Source of the DNA: Chthoniobacteraceae bacterium
GTDB taxonomy: Bacteria > Verrucomicrobiota > Verrucomicrobiia > Chthoniobacterales > Chthoniobacteraceae
Assembly (NCBI GenBank): GCA_031409655.1
Contig: JANNXQ010000024.1
Coordinates: 1-17,519 of the forward strand
DNA length: 17,519 nt
Direction: 5' to 3'
This document shows, one piece after another, positions 15,830 to 17,519 of this stretch. Position 1 is the stretch's first letter; each line of letters begins with the position of its first letter. The notes under the pieces were generated by a model. The model saw nothing but the letters and a program-made list of their open reading frames with translations, made no database searches and was not told the origin of the DNA. The position numbers and the translations under genes were made by a program.

Positions 15830-16459
15830 ATGGCCCACGAACTACCCGCACTTCCCTACTCCACATCCGCGCTCGAGCCGCACATCGACACGAAGACGAT
15901 GGAGATCCACCACGGCAAGCATCACGCCGCTTACGTGACCAATCTCAACAAAGCGCTGGAAAGCGCGCCGGATCTTGCGAGCAAGAGCGCCGAGGATCTC
16001 ATCAAGGATCTCGCGGCGGTGTCCGAGGCCATCCGTGGCGCGGTGCGTAATAATGGCGGCGGACATGTCAACCACAGCTTTTTCTGGAAGCTCCTGAAAG
16101 CTGGTAGCGATGGAAGGCCTGTCGGCGCGCTTGCGGCGGCGATCACTGCGACCTTCGGCGACGTCGAGCAGCTCAAAGAGAAGATCAACGGCGCGGGCGC
16201 GACCCGGTTCGGTTCCGGCTGGGCTTGGCTGTATGTGAGCGGCGGTAAACTGGAGATCGGGTCCACGGCGAATCAGGACAACCCGATCATGGGCAAGGCG
16301 GTCGCCGGGATCGAAGGCAAGCCGGTGCTCGGCATCGACGTCTGGGAGCATGCTTACTATCTCAACTACCAAAACCGCCGTCCCGATTACCTGAAGGCGG
16401 TCTGGAATGTGATCAACTGGGCGCAGGCTGAGGAAAACTACCAGGCCGCGCTGAAGTAG
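15830..16459 (+). CDS. sodA: Superoxide dismutase, Fe/Mn family with Mn-type signature, 209 aa
   Basis: [36 protein letters not shown] and DVWEHAYY. The Met before the first His, GGGH, and the QD pair are the Mn-type determinants. Confidence 0.95.
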   Translation: MAHELPALPYSTSALEPHIDTKTMEIHHGKHHAAYVTNLNKALESAPDLASKSAEDLIKDLAAVSEAIRGAVRNNGGGHVNHSFFWKLLKAGSDGRPVGALAAAITATFGDVEQLKEKINGAGATRFGSGWAWLYVSGGKLEIGSTANQDNPIMGKAVAGIEGKPVLGIDVWEHAYYLNYQNRRPDYLKAVWNVINWAQAEENYQAALK

Positions 16460-16477
16460 CCTAGCCCAAAAAATCTG

Positions 16478-16521
16478 GAAAGCTCCGCGCTAGGCGACTG
16501 GCGCGGAGTTTTCGTTTTTTT
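16478..16521 (+). terminator. Intrinsic (Rho-independent) terminator of sodA
   Basis: 16-bp stem GAAAGCTCCGCGCTAG / CTGGCGCGGAGTTTTC with two G-U pairs on the + strand RNA, a GNRA loop (GCGA) and a following T7 tract; begins 18 bp after the stop. Confidence 0.85.
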
Positions 16522-16543
16522 CGCTGGGCTGCCAGCGGGTGGG

Positions 16544-16559
16544 TGGCACGGCTTCTGCA
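16544..16559 (+). promoter_or_regulatory. Putative sigma54 (RpoN) -24/-12 promoter
   Basis: TGGCACGGCTTCTGCA has exact GG-N10-GC spacing and a perfect TGGCACG -24 box, with CTGCA in place of TTGCW. It sits between the sodA terminator and the kinase gene. Confidence 0.7.
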
Positions 16560-16619
16560 ACCGCACTGCTGGTTTCGAGCGCAGCGCTGTCCAGGCACGC
16601 CGCACGGGACCTTTGCCCA

Positions 16620-17519
16620 ATGCCTACTCGCCACGCTTCCATGATCGATGCCACGCCTTCCCGGCTGGCCACTGGCAAGTCAGACGAAGAGCGCTGGCGC
16701 GAGACGGAGGCGGAGCTGCGAAAAACGCAGGACGAACTGAAGGCGAGCCTCCGTCAACTTCACGCCACGCAGCAGCAGATGGTGCAGACGGAGCGGCTGC
16801 GCGCGCTCGGCTCGCTGGTCAATGGGATCGCCCACGAATTCAGCAATGCGCTGGCGTCGATCCTCGGCAACGCGGAGGTCTTGCAGATCAAAGCGGGAGA
16901 AAAGGGCGGCGAGCGACAGATCCGGGAATGCGCGGAGCGGATCGCCGTCGCGGCGCTGGATGCGGCGACGATGGTGGACCGGTTGCGCGAGTTTCATCGG
17001 CCGCGCTCCGCGCAAGACACGCGGACCTCGGTGCCTCTGGACGGCATCGTCGAGCAGGCGGTCGAATTCACCCGTCCGCGCTGGGAGGCCGAGTCGCACG
17101 CCCGCGGCACGCCGATCGAGATCAACATGGAATTCCAGGCAGAGTCCCCAATCCTCGGAAACGTCAGCGAACTGCGCGACATGCTGACGGCGGTGCTTTT
17201 CAACGCGATGGAAGCGATGCCCCAGGGTGGGGCGATCAACATCGTCACGCAGCTCTGGAGCAAGCGCATCGAGCTCTCGATCTCCGACACCGGCATGGGG
17301 ATGCCGGATGAAGTGCGCCGCCGCTGTTTCGAGCCCTTTTTCACGACTAAAGGCCAGCGCAACTCCGGCCTCGGCCTCGCGATGGTCTATGGCGTGGTCG
17401 AACGCCACAGCGGCACGATCGAGATCGAGAGCCATCGCGGCCGCGGGAGCACGGTGCGGATGACTTTCCCGATCGACCCGAACCCGCGCGTGGCCTGCCA
17501 GTTACCCGATGCGCTCCCG
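16620..17519 (+). CDS. Cytoplasmic histidine kinase (HisKA + HATPase_c, NtrB-like), truncated by the window end; start at ATG 16620 or 16641
   Basis: Absent from the ORF track because there is no stop in the window. Manual translation gives QMVQTERLRALGSLVNGIAHEFSNAL (H box), VLFNAMEAM (N), ISDTGMGM (G1), CFEPFFTTK (F) and SGLGLAMVYGVVERHSG (G2). Confidence 0.92.
   Translation, partial: MPTRHASMIDATPSRLATGKSDEERWRETEAELRKTQDELKASLRQLHATQQQMVQTERLRALGSLVNGIAHEFSNALASILGNAEVLQIKAGEKGGERQIRECAERIAVAALDAATMVDRLREFHRPRSAQDTRTSVPLDGIVEQAVEFTRPRWEAESHARGTPIEINMEFQAESPILGNVSELRDMLTAVLFNAMEAMPQGGAINIVTQLWSKRIELSISDTGMGMPDEVRRRCFEPFFTTKGQRNSGLGLAMVYGVVERHSGTIEIESHRGRGSTVRMTFPIDPNPRVACQLPDALP

Noticed and set aside
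16613..17435. Track ORFs 16613..17311 (+) and 16680..17435 (-)
   Set aside because: Off-frame and antisense shadows of the histidine kinase, which lies in a different + frame.

Overview
GC-rich bacterial DNA. The C/A-rich leaders without Shine-Dalgarno motifs and the GTAG-type REP repeats suggest a PVC-group organism such as a Verrucomicrobium (inference only). Positions 1-15623 hold at least 13 co-oriented, tightly packed minus-strand genes. In transcription order they are: NemR-like TetR repressor, Ahr-like Zn aldehyde reductase, AlkA-family DNA glycosylase, RND adaptor plus MexF/OqxB-like permease (pump A), aldo/keto reductase, NfsB-like nitroreductase, DUF5069-like protein, Zn-independent MDR oxidoreductase, a second RND adaptor plus permease (pump B), a quercetinase-like bicupin, and an SDR cut by the window edge. 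The repressor gene is flanked by two identical 18-bp sequences containing a NemR/LmrA-like palindrome. Two REPIN-like inverted-repeat elements sit inside the cluster (4411-4616 and 6838-6964) and share a covarying hairpin unit. A Mn-type superoxide dismutase is transcribed divergently and ends in an intrinsic terminator. It is followed by a sigma54-type promoter and a histidine kinase with no N-terminal sensor, which the ORF track misses and the window edge truncates. The best candidate for an undescribed system is this single-repressor locus combining reduction, export and DNA repair against electrophiles or plant phenolics. No database search was run, so novelty is unverified.
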